From Octopus vulgaris (Eukaryota), in assembly GCA_951406725.2 (NCBI GenBank), contig OX597816.1:16058001-16122000 (forward strand): 64,000 nt of DNA, read 5' to 3'. The notes below the pieces were generated by a model that was not told the origin of the DNA, did not search any database, and worked only from the letters and a program-made list of their open reading frames with translations. Position numbers and translations under genes: made by a program. Below, one piece after another: positions 26,969-40,680 of the stretch; the stretch's first letter is position 1, and the number at the start of each line of letters is the position of its first letter.

Positions 26969-28024
26969 TATATACATACATACATATATATATATATACA
27001 TACATACATACATATATATATATACATATTTACGATGGGCTTCTTTCAGTTTCCATCTACCAAATCCACTCACAAGGCTTTGGTCGGCCCAAAGCTATAG
27101 TAGAAGACACTTGCTCAAGGTGCCACGCAGTGGGACTGAACCCGGTACCATGTGGTTTGTAAACAAGCTACTTACCACACAGCCACTCCTACGCAAAATA
27201 TATTTATCAACATTGTAAGTGAAACACTTCGTCCCTCAGTTAAATTAAAAGGAATTCCAATAAGCTGACTGTCTCCATACAACTCACAGTACAGCAACTA
27301 ATGTCGCTAAGAATGTGACCTTCAGATGTTGGCTTCCAGAGGAGGGAGGACAAGTGACCAAAACTTCTGGTGATGTGCTTTGCTTGAGAAGACATGTCGA
27401 GCTCAGTAGGTATGTGGTCATCCTTGCATACAGGTATGTCTCCTGTATCCCTCTTCAGCTGAGCATTCATAATCTTGTGGGCTCATTGGTGCCAGTGCCA
27501 CACAAAGCACACATGCTGGTGTCACCCATGACAATGCATGAAAGTACCCAGTACACCTTGTAAAGTAGTTGGCATTAAGTAGGACATCCAGCTGTAGAAA
27601 CCATGCCAAAACTGACAGGGAACCTGGGCAGCTCCAGCTGACGAGCTCCTGTCAAACAGTCTAACCCATGTCAGTATGGAAAATAGATATTCAATGATGA
27701 TGATGATGGTGGTATTGGTGATGGTGGTGGTGGTGGTGGAATATAGTCTATATACTTGCAATACTGTTAATGCAATTAATGATGGACTACACATGAACAT
27801 GTAACAAATATGCATGAATGGACCTGTTGATTAGCACATATGCTATGTGCATGAAATTATTGCTGTATTGATTTTGTTTCGTTATGTTGTTTCATTGTTT
27901 TTTAAACTGCCTAGTTTTGACTTGACACGTTCCATGGAATATATCAACAGAACATGTCTGTACGTCCAACTAAACTTGGATATAGATGTAGATGAGTACA
28001 TACACATAAATGCATACATATATA

Positions 28025-28100
<76 letters not shown>

Positions 28101-28101
<1 letters not shown>

Positions 28102-28943
28102 TAAGTAATTAAGGGTTTAGCAACGATTTGCCTCACCACACACCGAATTTAGAAATAGCAGTCAAAGAGTTATAGCTATTCTTTCTACTAAAAGGGAGAT
28201 CTCAGTAAAACCACAGCACTTGGAAGGCAAACACAGACAGGCAAGAGAGAAAGAAATGACAGCAATCTATCATACAATTTTAAGTCACCTACGGACGTAC
28301 CTTTCGAAATTAAGTTTTAGGAAAGCATAAGAATTAGATAACTATGTCTTACCCAACTTCTTTTCTCATCAGCGTAGGACACTACAATTATGAATAATTG
28401 TATATTAAATTTCGAGATACTAGAAGGCATCATCTCAACTCAGTATCAGAGCGAACTAAAACCGTTACCAGTATCACCAAATTCAAAGTGTGAATGAAAG
28501 TTTGTGTCACCAACCCCTTCCCACCAGCGTGTAGCCAAGACAAGATGTTGCGGTCATTTACTGGGATGAAATATGGTTATCAGTAATAATATAGGGTGAA
28601 ATTAATTAATTTGGAATAATCATTAATTTCACCAAGTAGATTTCGGCATGTAAAAGCCTCATTCGAGGAAAGTTTAAGTAATACTAAGTAATGAAGGGTT
28701 TAGCAACGATTTGCCTCACCACACACCGAATTTAGAAATAGCAGTCAAAGAGTTATAGCTATTCTTTCTACTAAAAGGGAGATCTCAGTAAAACCACAGC
28801 ACTTGGAAGGCAAACACAGACAGGCAAGAGAGAAAGAAATGACAGCAATCTATCATACAATTTTAAGTCACCTACGGACGTACGTTTCGAAATTAAGTTT
28901 TAGGAAAGCATAAGAATTAGATAATTATGTCTTACCCAACTTC
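28101..28943 (-). mobile_element. Retrozyme-like element, 1.45 copies of a 583-bp unit
   Basis: 28101 repeats at 28684; homologous to the 588-bp unit at 50.4-53.4 kb; (TA)n on both sides; absent from paralogous duplication units. Confidence 0.8.
28288..28378 (-). ncRNA. Type I hammerhead ribozyme motif
   Basis: CCTACG-CTGATGA-GAAA[long loop]TTTC-GAA-AG-GTAC-GT-C-CGTAGG; canonical core, one helix III mismatch (the partial copy at 28871 has the paired AC-GTAC-GT). Confidence 0.8.
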
Positions 28944-31332
28944 TATATATATATATATATACATACATATATATATATATATAGGGAGAGTTTACGAAAA
29001 AACAAAAGACGAAGACATGTGGTGTACAAAACAAACAGATGTATTAGTATAATGCTCAGGAATAGAAAAAGTCTTTTATGTTTCGAGCCTACACTCTTCT
29101 ACAGAAAGGGACACAGAAAAAAACAAGGACAGAAAAAAATGTGTGTAGTGGCTAATGTGTGTGTGTGTGTGTGTATATATATATGTATGTAGGAGTGGGT
29201 GAATATGTGTGCATGCATGCCTTCACAGAGGCAAAGTGGCTGAGTTCCTTTCAAGTGTTGGGCCTCAAGGAGGCAATGACTGAAATCTTTGGCATTATAT
29301 CATGCTTGAGAAGAAGACCCATCAAGCAGAGCAAAATCAGTCATGGCAGATACCGGCGTCACACAAATAGGCACCCATGCCAGTGGCATGTAAATGCACC
29401 CCAGTGTCATGCAAATGGCTGGTGGAATGTAAAAGCATCCATTACACTCTCAAAGTGGTTGGCATAAGGAAGGGCATCCAGCTGTAGAAAACCATGTTGA
29501 ATCAGACTGGAGTCTGGTGCAGCCTTCCAGCCCAGTCAAATCATTCAACCCATGCTGGCATGGACAACAGAAGTTAAAGGATGATGATGATATAGACACA
29601 CACACATATATACAGCTATCCAAATAGACAGCACCCTGGTAGATTAAGCAATTGAGGGTATGAAGCCAGGAAGAGCCCCTGGCCCATCAGGAATCACTGC
29701 TGAGATGCTTAAAATATCTGATGGTGTGGGCTATGGCTTAGTCACCCGCATTGTAAACCAGGTAGTTCATAATGGAGTCATAACCAATGACTGGCGTAGC
29801 AGCACCATAGTCAACTGCTACAAGAGTAAAGGTGATGCTCTAGATAGAAATAACTACAGGGGTTTCAAACTGCTGGATCAGGTGATGAAGGTCATAGCCC
29901 ATCTCATTAGGGAGAGAATCTGCTTAGATGAGATGCAGTTCGGTTTTGTGCCAGGTAGAAGCACCACTGATGCTATATTCCTGGTTCGACAACTGCAGGA
30001 GGAATACCTAGCTAAAGATAAACCCCTATACTTTGCTTTTGTGGACTTGGAGAAAGCCTTTGACAGGGTCCCCCAATCCCTTATCTGGTGGGTGATGTGG
30101 AAACTGGGGATTGATGAACGGTTAATGAGAGCTGTACAGGCCTTCTACAGAGGATCAGATTGGAGCCTGGTGCAGCCTGCTGGCTTCACAGACCCCAGTC
30201 GAATTGTCCAACCCATGCTAGCATGGAAAACACATCCCCATAACTTAGCAGTTCGGCGAAAGAGACCAATAGATTAAGTATTAGGCTTACAAAGAATAAG
30301 TCCTGCGGTCGATTTGATTTGAAAATTTTGTAGCTAACCATGAAGCACGCCAGCTTTTCTGTGATGGTCTAGGGAGCAATTTGGAGCAATGGTTAATAAA
30401 AGTTGGTGGAGTGTGAGGGAAGCATAAACTCAGATAAATATGTGTCCATATTGCAGAAAAAACTCCTTCCAATCTTCTGCAATGGTGAAGTGATTAAAGA
30501 AAACTTTTATTTGTCAAACGGTTAAAATGAACCAAGATTTGTTGGATGAGAATGGCATTAAAAAAGATTCCATGGCCAAGCCTGTCACTAGATACGAACC
30601 CTATTAAACACCTCTGAGACATAATGGACAGGACATTTCATAAAATGAACAAGAAAGCATCTTCAAAGCCAGAACTTTTGAGATTACTGCATGAAACTTG
30701 GCGTGAAATTCTGCAAGAGAATATTTTTTTCATTTATTTTTTATTGCCCACAGAGGGCTAAACATAGAGGGAACAAACAAGGACAGACAGAGGGATTAAT
30801 TCAATTACATCGACCACAGTGCGAAACTGGTACTTATTTAATCGACCCCGAAAGGATGAAAGGCAAAGTTGGCCTCAGTGGAATTTGAACTCAGAATGTA
30901 ACGGCAGATGAAATACTGCTTAGCGTTTCACCTGACGTGCTAACGATACTGCCAGCTCGCCAGCTTCTGCAAGAGAATATTTGCCATCTGATCAGTAACA
31001 TGCCTAATAAGGTTCTTGCATTGACAAATGCAAAGAGCATGTCTGCTAAATATTCACACTAAAACAATTAATGAATAATTTGAATGTATAATTTCAGATT
31101 TAAATAAATTTTAATGATTTTTAAGGCTGTATATTTACTTCTCTCATGTCTGTGTATATATGTGTGTGTGGGTGACTGGGTGTGTGGGTGACTGGGTGTG
31201 TGGGGTATGTGAGCAGGTGTGTTTGTGTAAACATGTTGAATATTTACTTCCTTCACTATGAATAAACTTTTATTAATTGACTCCTGATCAAAACACTATA
31301 CGCATTTCTTCCTAGTACAGGGTTTCAGACAT

Positions 31333-31378
<46 letters not shown>

Positions 31379-31680
31379 CAATAGGTAAGTATGATCCAGT
31401 GATTCAAGTGTAGGAAGTTAGTAAGCTTCAAGCATTTTGGCTTGGTGACAAAAGGAGACTATATATATACTCTTTTACTTGTTTCAGTCAGTTGTGGCCA
31501 TGCTGGAGCACTGCCTGTAGTTGAGCAAATCGACCCCAGGGCTTATTCTTTGTAAGCCTAGTACTTATTCTATTGGTTTCTTTTGCCGAACCGCTAATGT
31601 TACGGGGTCATGAACACACCACCATCGGTTGTCAAGCGATGTTGATGGGGACAAACACAGACACACAAACACATACACAC

Positions 31681-31760
<80 letters not shown>

Positions 31761-32823
31761 TAGCACTATCGCCCGGCGTTGCTCGGGTTTGTAAGGGAAA
31801 TAACTATATATGCATTTTTAGAGTGTTACTTCCCTTATATAAACCGAGCAAAAAATGCATTAAAAATGAGGAAAAATTATGGTAAATTTTTTTTTAAATC
31901 GTAGACTCATCGTAGACGCGTGCTAATACCCAGAAGGGCTCGATATGAATCACGACTATAAGATACCCGCTTTTGGTTAAACTGCACTGAAAAATGTGGG
32001 AGTAGTTAGGAATCTAAATCCGAGTAGACAGACACACACACAACTTCAGTTTTATATATAAAGATATATACATACATACATATATATATATATACATACA
32101 TACATACATATATATATATACATATATACGATGGGCTTCTTTCAGTTTCCATCTACCAAATCCACTCACAAGGCTTTGGTCGGCCCAAAGCTATAGTAGA
32201 AGACACTTGCTCAAGGTGCCACGCAGTGGGACTGAACCCGGAGCCATGTGGTTTGTAAACAAGCTACTTACCACACAGCCACTCCTACGCAAAATATATT
32301 TATCAACATTGTAAGTGACACACTTCGTCCCTCATTTAAATTAAAAGGAATTCCAATAAGCTGACAGTCTCCATACAACTCACAGTACAGCAACTAATGT
32401 CGCTAAGAATGTGACCTTCAGATGTTGGCTTCCAGAGGCGGGAGGACAAGTGACCAAAACTTCTGGTGATGTGCTTTGCTTGAGAAGACATGTCGAGCTC
32501 AGTAGGTATGTGGTCATCCTTGCATACAGGTATGTCTCCTGTATCCCTCTTCAGCTGAGCATTCATAATCTTGTGGGCTCATTGGTGCCAGTGCCACACA
32601 AAGCACACATGCTGGTGTCACCCATGACAATGCATGAAAGTACCCAGTACACCTTGTAAAGTAGTTGGCATTAAGAAGGACATCCAGCTGTAGAAACCAT
32701 GCCAAAACTGACAGGGAACCTGGGCAGCTCCAGCTGACGAGCTCCTGTCAAACAATCTAACCCATGTCAGTATGGAAAATACATATTCAATGATGATGAT
32801 GATGGTGGTATATAGTCTATAGA

Positions 32824-33047
32824 AGGTGCCGAGCTTGCAGAATTGTTAGCCCGCTGGGCGATATGCTTAGCGGTATTTCGTCTGCCACTGAGTTCAAATT
32901 CCACCATGGTCGACTTTGCCTTTCATCCTTTCAGGGTCAATAATTAAGTACCAGTTACACACTGGGGTTGATATAATCGACTTAATCCGTTTGTCTGTCC
33001 TTGTTTGTCCTTTCTGTGTTTAGCCCCTTGTGGGTAGTAAAGAAATA
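32824..33047 (+). mobile_element. SINE family C with 17-bp TSD
   Basis: GGTATATAGTCTATAGA at 32807-32823 and 33048-33064; absent from units 1 and 2. Confidence 0.9.
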
Positions 33048-33325
33048 GGTATATAGTCTATAGACACACAATACTGTTAATGCAATTAATAATGGACTGG
33101 ACATGAACATGTAACAAATATGCATGAATGGACCTGTTGATTAGCACATATGCTATGTGCATGAAATTATTGCTGTATTGATTTTGTTTTGTTATGTTGT
33201 TTCATTGCTTTTTAAACTACCTAGTTTTGACTTGACACGTTCCATGGAATATATCAACAGAACATGTCTGTATGTCCAACTAAACTTGGATATAGACATA
33301 GGTGAATACATACACATAAATGCAT

Positions 33326-33359
<34 letters not shown>

Positions 33360-33378
33360 CATCATCAGATATATATAT

Positions 33379-33439
<61 letters not shown>

Positions 33440-35934
33440 GAGTTGACGAAAAAACAAAAGACGAAGACAGGTGGTGTACAAAACAAACAGATGTATTAGT
33501 ATAATGCTCAGGAATAGAAAAAGTCTTTTATGTTTCGACCCTCACTCTTCTACAGAAAGGGACACAGAAAAAAACAAGGAGAGAAAAAAATGTGTGTAGT
33601 GGCTAATGTGTGTGTGTGTGTATATATATGTATGTGGGAGTGGGAGAATATGTGTGCATGCATGCCTTATGCATGCAGGGCTTCACAGAGGCAAAGTGGC
33701 TGAGTTCCTTTCAAGTGTTGGGCCTCAAGGAGGCAATGACTGAAATCTTTGGCATTATATCATGCTTGAGAAGAAGCCCCATCAAGCAGAGCAAAATCAC
33801 GGTCATGGCAGATACTGGCGTCACACAAATAGGCACCCATGCTGGCATGGACAACAGAAATTAAAGGAGGATGATGATATATACACACACACATATATAC
33901 AGCTATCCGAATAGACAGCACCCTGGTAGATTAAGCAATTAAGGGTATGAAGCAGGAAAAGCCTTCAGGAATCACTGCTGAGATGCTTAAAATATCTGAT
34001 GGTGTGGGCTATGGCCTAGTCACCTGCATTGTAAACCAGGTAGTTCATAATGGAGTCATAACCAATGACTGGCGTAGCAGCACCATAGTCAACTGCTACA
34101 AGAGTAAAGGTGATGCTCTAGATAGAAATAACTACAGGGGTTTCAAACTACTGGATCAGGTGATGAAGGTCATAGCCCATCTCATTAGGGAGAGAATCTG
34201 CTTAGATGAGATGCAGTTCGGTTTTGTGCTAGGTAGAAGCACCACTGATGCTATATTCCTGGTTAGACAACTGCAGGAGAAATACCTAGCTAAAGATAAA
34301 CCCCTATACTTAGCTTTTGTGGACTTGGAGAAAGCCTTTGACAGGGTCCCCCAATCCCTTATCTGGTGGGTGATGTAGAAACTGGGGATTGATGAACGGT
34401 TAATGAGAGCTGTACAGGCCTTCTACAGAGGATCAGATTGGAGCCTGGTGCAGCCTTCTGGCTTCACAGACCCCAGTCGAATTGTCCAACCCATGCTAGC
34501 ATGGAAAACACATCCCCATTACCTAGCGGTTCAGCAAAAGAGACCAATAGAATAAGTATTAGGCTTACAAAGAATAAGTCCTGGGGTCGATTTGATTTGA
34601 AAATTTTGTAGCTAACCATGAAGCACGCCAGCTTTTCTGTGATGGTCTGGGGAGCAATTTGGAGCAATGGTTAATCAGAGCTGGTGGAGTGTGAGGGAAG
34701 CATAAACTCAGATAAATATGTGTCCATATTGCAGAAAGAACTCCTTCCAATCTTCTGCAATGGTGAAGTGATTAAAGAAAACTCTTTATTTATGGAAGAT
34801 GGGGCTCCTTGTCACACGGTTAAAATGAACCAAGATTTGTTGGATGAGAATGGCATTAAAAAAGATTCCATGGCCAAGCCTGTCACAAGCTATGAACCCT
34901 ATTGAACACCTCTGGAAGATAATGGACAGGACATTTCATAAAATGAACAAGAAAGCATCTTCAAAGCCAGAACTTTTGAGATTACTGCACGAAACTTGGC
35001 ATGAAATATTTTTTTTATTTATTTTTTATTGCCCACAGAGGGCTAAACATAGAGGGAACAAACAAGGACAGACAGAGGGATTAATTCAATTACATCGACC
35101 ACAGTGCGAAACTGGTACTTATTTAATCGACCCCCGAAAGGATGAAAGGCAAAGTTGGCCTCGGCGGAATTTGAACTCAGAATGTAACGGCAGACGAAAT
35201 ACTGCTTAGCGTTTCACCTGACGTGCTAACGATTCTGCCAGCTCACCAGCTTCTTCAAGAGAATATTTGCCATCTGATTAGTAACATGCCTAATAAGGAT
35301 CTTGCATTGACAAATGCAAAGAGCATGTCTACTAAATATTCACATTATAACAATTAATGAATAATTTAAATGTATAATTTCAGATTTAAATAAATTTTAA
35401 TGATTTTTAAGGCTGTATATTTACTTCTCTCTTGTCTGTGTATATATGTGAGTGTGGGTGCCTGGGTGTGTGGGGTATGTGAGCAGGTGTGTTTGTGTAA
35501 ACACGTTTAACATTTACTTCCTTCACCATGAATAAACTTTTGTTAATTGACTCCTGATCAAAACACTATACGCATTTCTTCCTAGTACGGGGTTTCAGAC
35601 ATGCACACACACACACACACACACACACACAGCAATAGGTAAGTATGATCCAGTGATTCACGTGTAGGAAGTTAGTAAGCTTCAAGCATTTTGGCTTGGT
35701 GACAAAAGGAGACTATATATATACTCTTTTACTTGTTTCAGTCAGTTGTGACCATGCTGGAGCACTGCCTGTAGTTGAGCAAATCGACCCCAGGGCTTAT
35801 TCTTTGTAAGCCTAGTACTTATTCTATTGGTTTCTTTTGCCGAACCGCTAATGTTACGGGGTCATGAACACACCACCATCGGTTGTCAAGCGATGTTGAT
35901 GGGGACAAACACAGACACACAAACACATACACAC

Positions 35935-35965
<31 letters not shown>

Positions 35966-36088
35966 TATATGGCACGTAAAAAGCACCCACTACACTCACG
36001 GAGTGGTTGGCGTTAGGAAGGGCATCCAGCTGTAGAAACATTGCCAATATATTTATCAACATTGTAAGTGAAACACAATGCAAACATA

Positions 36089-36134
<46 letters not shown>

Positions 36135-37789
36135 CATACATATATATATATTTATAAGGAGAGTTTACGAAAAAACAAAAGACGAAGACATGTGGTGTAC
36201 AAAACAAACAGATGTATTAGTATAATGCTCAGGAATAGAAAAAAGTCTCTTATGTTTCGAGCCTACGCTCTTCTACAGAAAGGGACACAGAAAAAAACAA
36301 GGAGAGAAAAAAATGTGTGTAGTGGCTAATGCGTGTGTGTGTGTATATATGTATGTGGGAGTGGGTGAATATGTGTGCATGCATGCCTTATGCATGCAGG
36401 GCTTCACAGAGGCAAAGTGGCTGAGTTCCTTTCAAGTGTTGGGCCTCACGGAAGCAATGACCAAGACCTTTGGCATTATATCATGCTCGAGAAGAAGCCC
36501 TATCAAGCAGAGCAAACTCACAGTCATGGCAGATACCAGTGTCACACAAATTGGCACCCATGCCAGTGGCATGTAAATGCACCCCAGTGTCATGCAAATG
36601 GCTGGTGGAATGTAAAAGCATCCATTACACTCTCAAAGTGGTTGGCATTAGGAAGGGTATCCAGCTGTAGAAAACCATGTTGAATCAGACTGGAGTCTGG
36701 TGCAGCCTTCCAGCCCAGTCAAATCATCCAACCCATGCTGGCATGGACAACAGAAATTAAAGGATTATGATGATATATACACACACACATATATACAGCT
36801 ATCCAAATAGACAGCACCCTGGTAGATTAAGCAATTAAGGGTATGAAGCCAGGAAGAGCCCCTGGCCCATCAGGAATCACTGCTGAGATGCTTAAAATAT
36901 CTGATGGTGTGGGCTATGGCCTAGTCACCCGCATTGTAAACCAGGTAGTTCATAATGGAGTCATAACCAATGACTGGCGTAGCAGCACCATAGTCAACTG
37001 CTACAAGAGTAAAGGTGATGCTCTAGATAGAAATAACTACAGGGGTTTCAAACTGCTGGATCAGGTGATGAAGGTCATAGCCCATCTCATTAGGGAGAGA
37101 ATCTGCTTAGATGAGATGCAGTTCGGTTTTGTGCCAGGTAGAAGCACCACTGATGGTATATTCCTGGTTCGACAACTGCAGGAGGAATACCTAGCTAAAG
37201 ATAAACCCCTATACTTTGCTTTTGTGGACTTGGAGAAAGCCTTTGACAGGGTCCCCCAATCCCTTATCTGGTGGGTGATGTGGAAACTGGGGATTGATGA
37301 ATCGTTAATGAGAGCTGTACATGCCCTCTACAGAAGATCAGATTGGAGCTGGTGCAGCCTTCTGGCTTCACAGACCCCAGTCAAACTGTCCAACCCATGC
37401 TAGCATGGAAAACACATCTCCATAACTTAGCAGTTCGGTGAAAGAGACCAATAGAATAAGTATTAGGCTTACATGAAACTTGGCATGAAATTCTGCAAGA
37501 GAATATTTTTTTCATTTATTTTTTATTGCCCACAGAGGGCTAAACATAGAGGGGACAAACAAGGACAGACAGAGGGATTAATTCAATTACATCGACCACA
37601 GTGCGAAACTGGTACTTATTTAATCGACCCCCGAAAGGATGAAAGGATTTGCTAGACTAAAAGGCGGTGCTTCAGCATGGCTGCAGTCAAATGACTGAAA
37701 CAAGTAAAAGAGCAAAAGAAATGAGGTGAACCTTCGGTATATATACCAGTTTAAGTACCGGATACATTTCAAGAAAGTGTATGTGTGTG

Positions 37790-38468
37790 TGTGTGCAGGA
37801 GAGATGTTTGCGTTGGTATGCACATGTACTACGGATTGATGAGGAGAGATGTGTGAAGAAGTGCCACTCCCTAACTCTTGAAGGAATCCGGGGTAGAGGT
37901 AGACCCAGGAAGACATGGAATGAGGTGGTCAAGCATGACCTTTGAACGTTGGGCCTCACAGAGGCAATGACGAAAGACCGAGACCTCTGGAGATATGCTG
38001 TGACTGCAAAGACTCGACAAATGAAATGAGTTCATGGCTCACAGGATGGCCTGCTGTGCTAACCTTAGATCATAGGGTGACATGCTGTGCTTGAGGAGAC
38101 CTATTGAGTCAAGTACATCAAAATCAAATGGAAATTGTAGTTGTGATACTCATGCTGGTGGCATGTAATATGCACCATCCGAACGTGGCCGATGCCAGTG
38201 CCACCTTGATTGACGTCTGTGACAGTGACACGTAAAAAGCACCAACCAATCGTAGCTGTTGCCAGCCTCCTCTGGCCCCTGTGCCAGTGGCATGTAAAAA
38301 ACACCCACTACACTCACGGAGTGGTTGGTATCAGGAAGGGCATCCAGGTGTAGAAACACTGCCATATCAGACTGGAGTCTGGTGCAGCCTCCTGGCTTCC
38401 CAAACCCCATTCAAACTGTCCAACCCATGCTAGCATGGAGAACGGACGTTAAACGATGATGATGATGA
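37790..38468 (+). mobile_element. RTE LINE 3' end
   Basis: RGRPRKTW-encoding segment, 3' UTR, GGACGTTAAAC(GAT)n tail. Confidence 0.85.
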
Positions 38469-38949
38469 TATATATATATATATATCATTTTATGATTATA
38501 TCCTTATCTTATTGGTATATCGAACCTGTTCTGTGTTTTTATCTTTCGTATTTCCTTGTATTTACCCCATTGCTATTTGTGTTTTCCTGGTATTTTTTAT
38601 ATATTATATATACTCAATGGGCGTAAGTACAAGGAAATTCAAAAGATAAAAGAACAGAAGAAGTTCTATTTTTTTTTTGTATATTTTAGTTATAGCTATT
38701 AAAAATAAGAACTAAACTAAGAGTGGGAAAGAAATAGGAAGAGTATCAACTTTATATTTGTGTTTCTGTGTTTGTTAGTGAATATTCAAACGATAAGCAA
38801 TTTCCCAGATGTTTCTCAGGAATTGAGCCATTGGTGAATCACCATAGTGGAATGGTGTTAAAAACCCATTCACATTTCTTCCTAGTTTAGCTAAGTTCAA
38901 CTGCCTACTTACCATACTCTTTCGTGTGTATGTGTGGATATACACTAAC

Positions 38950-39715
38950 TCTGTAAGTCTACTCATCATATTTTCAAAATGGTTACAAATAGCTGTGGAA
39001 AGAATACACAGGCTTGCTTTACATACATATACTGTTTGTGTGGGCCACCAAAGGATGGTGACAAGTCCTATTTCAAACAAACACTCCTTGAGATTGAAAG
39101 TGAAATCAAACACTCCCATAAGGTGAGGCCAGAGAAGGATGCCAGGGTTGTAAAAATGTAAAGACAAACCCTAAAGCCTTTTATAGATTTGCGAAAGAGT
39201 CTGCTTCAGCAAGGTAAAAGATAGGACTGTGGCGAGCTGGCAGAAACGTTAGCACACTGGGCGAAATGCTTAGCAGTATTTCGTCCGCCGCTGCGTTCTG
39301 AGTTCAAATTCCACCAAGGTCGACTTTGCCTTTCGTCCTTTCGGGATCAATAAATTAAGCACCAGTTACGCACTGGGGTCGATATAATCGACTTAATCCA
39401 TTTGTCTGTCCTTGTTTGTCCTCTCTGTGTTTAGCCTCTTGTGGGTAGTAAAGAAATAGGTAAAAGATATGAGTGCTGATCAAAGAAAATGGCTCACTGA
39501 TTGCAGACCCCAGAGGATAAGTGAAATACTGAATGTGCAATACAAAAGCATTTTCACAACTCTGTTGGGACACTTGTGTATAACTATATCAGATAAGTTG
39601 TTTGGCACCACAGCTCTAGGCAAAGAGACGGGAATTATTGATAACATCAAAAAAGAAGAAACTGATGTAATATCTGCCATTGATTTAATGAGTGTAAAAA
39701 TCAAATTACTTGAAT
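38950..39715 (+). pseudogene. Old CR1/Jockey-group LINE ORF2 relic, interrupted by SINE C (39229-39460)
   Basis: Fragments such as KAFYRFAKE and ISEILNVQYKSIFT typical of the endonuclease-RT linker. Confidence 0.5.
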
Positions 39716-39982
39716 AATTCTTTTCATTTCTTTCTAAATCTATCCACGTTGTAGCCATCAATGTTATTTGGAACAGTTAAACCATCATCTCAGTAAAATC
39801 TGTAGTTATAAGGAGAAATATACCTTCTGAACGCATCAGGGTCAAGAATCTCACCAAGATGGAAACTATAGTTTGTCAGAGATTTCAACAGAAATGTCAA
39901 CCAACGGGTCACTCACATTTTAAGTGCAATGACAGACTTCATCATTTAAGAGCATCTTTCCGACGTTTATAATAATAATAGT

Positions 39983-40367
39983 GGAGGCGCAATGGCCCAG
40001 TGGTTAGGGCAGTGGACTCGCGGTCATAGGATCGCGGTTTCGATTCCCAGACTGGGGCATTGTGAGTGTTTATTGAGTGAAAACACCTAAAGCTCCACGA
40101 GGCTCTGGCAGGGGATGGTGGTGATCCCTGCTGTACTCTTTCACCACAACTTTCTCTCACTCTTACTTCCTGTTTCTGTTGTACCTGTATTTCAAAGGGC
40201 CGGCCTTGTCACTCTCTGTGTCACGCTGAATATCCCCGAAAACTACGTTAAGGGTACACGTGTCTGTGGAGTGCTCAGCCACTTACACGTTAATTTCACG
40301 AGCAGGCTGTTCCGTTGATCGGATCAACCGGAACCCTCGTCGTCGTAATCGACGGAGTGTTTCCACA
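39983..40367 (+). mobile_element. SINE family B (tail type 2)
   Basis: Head GGAGGCGCAATGGCCCAGTGGTTAGGGCAG...GTTTCGATTCCC; tail differs from the 46256 copy. Confidence 0.85.
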
Positions 40368-40680
40368 ATAATAATAATAATGAAATTATTGTATACAGTG
40401 CTTAGGTGCACCACAACTTGTCAGAAAGTGCGTATAAAGTATATGCAGTAATGTACAAATGTCTGGAAAGCGAACAATGTATGATTCAAATACATGCTTG
40501 TGTGTGTATGGAGGGGAGAAAATCAGGTGTAGTATTGGCGAATCTGAGAACACATGGAAGTTTTGAAGGATGCAGTGCTCTGACAACTAACAACTGATGC
40601 CGGCAGTTTGTTCCATGCTTCAGCAACTCTCAGCATGAAAAAATGTTTCCTAAAGTCATGGGAGCTGTGCTGTTTTCTGA
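40368..40680 (-). mobile_element. CR1-like LINE 3' end
   Basis: Reverse complement of 41880-42193; (ATT)n tail. Confidence 0.8.

Larger units (their letters stand above)
21154..37646 (+). repeat. Tandem segmental duplication: units 21154-25240, 25241-30311, 30312-34589, 34590-37472, plus a short extra segment
   Basis: Same order repeats each time (Tc1 3' half, SINE A, RTE tail, PLE pLTR, RTE RT fragment); duplicated ORFs at 24589, 29660, 33947, 36843. Confidence 0.95.
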
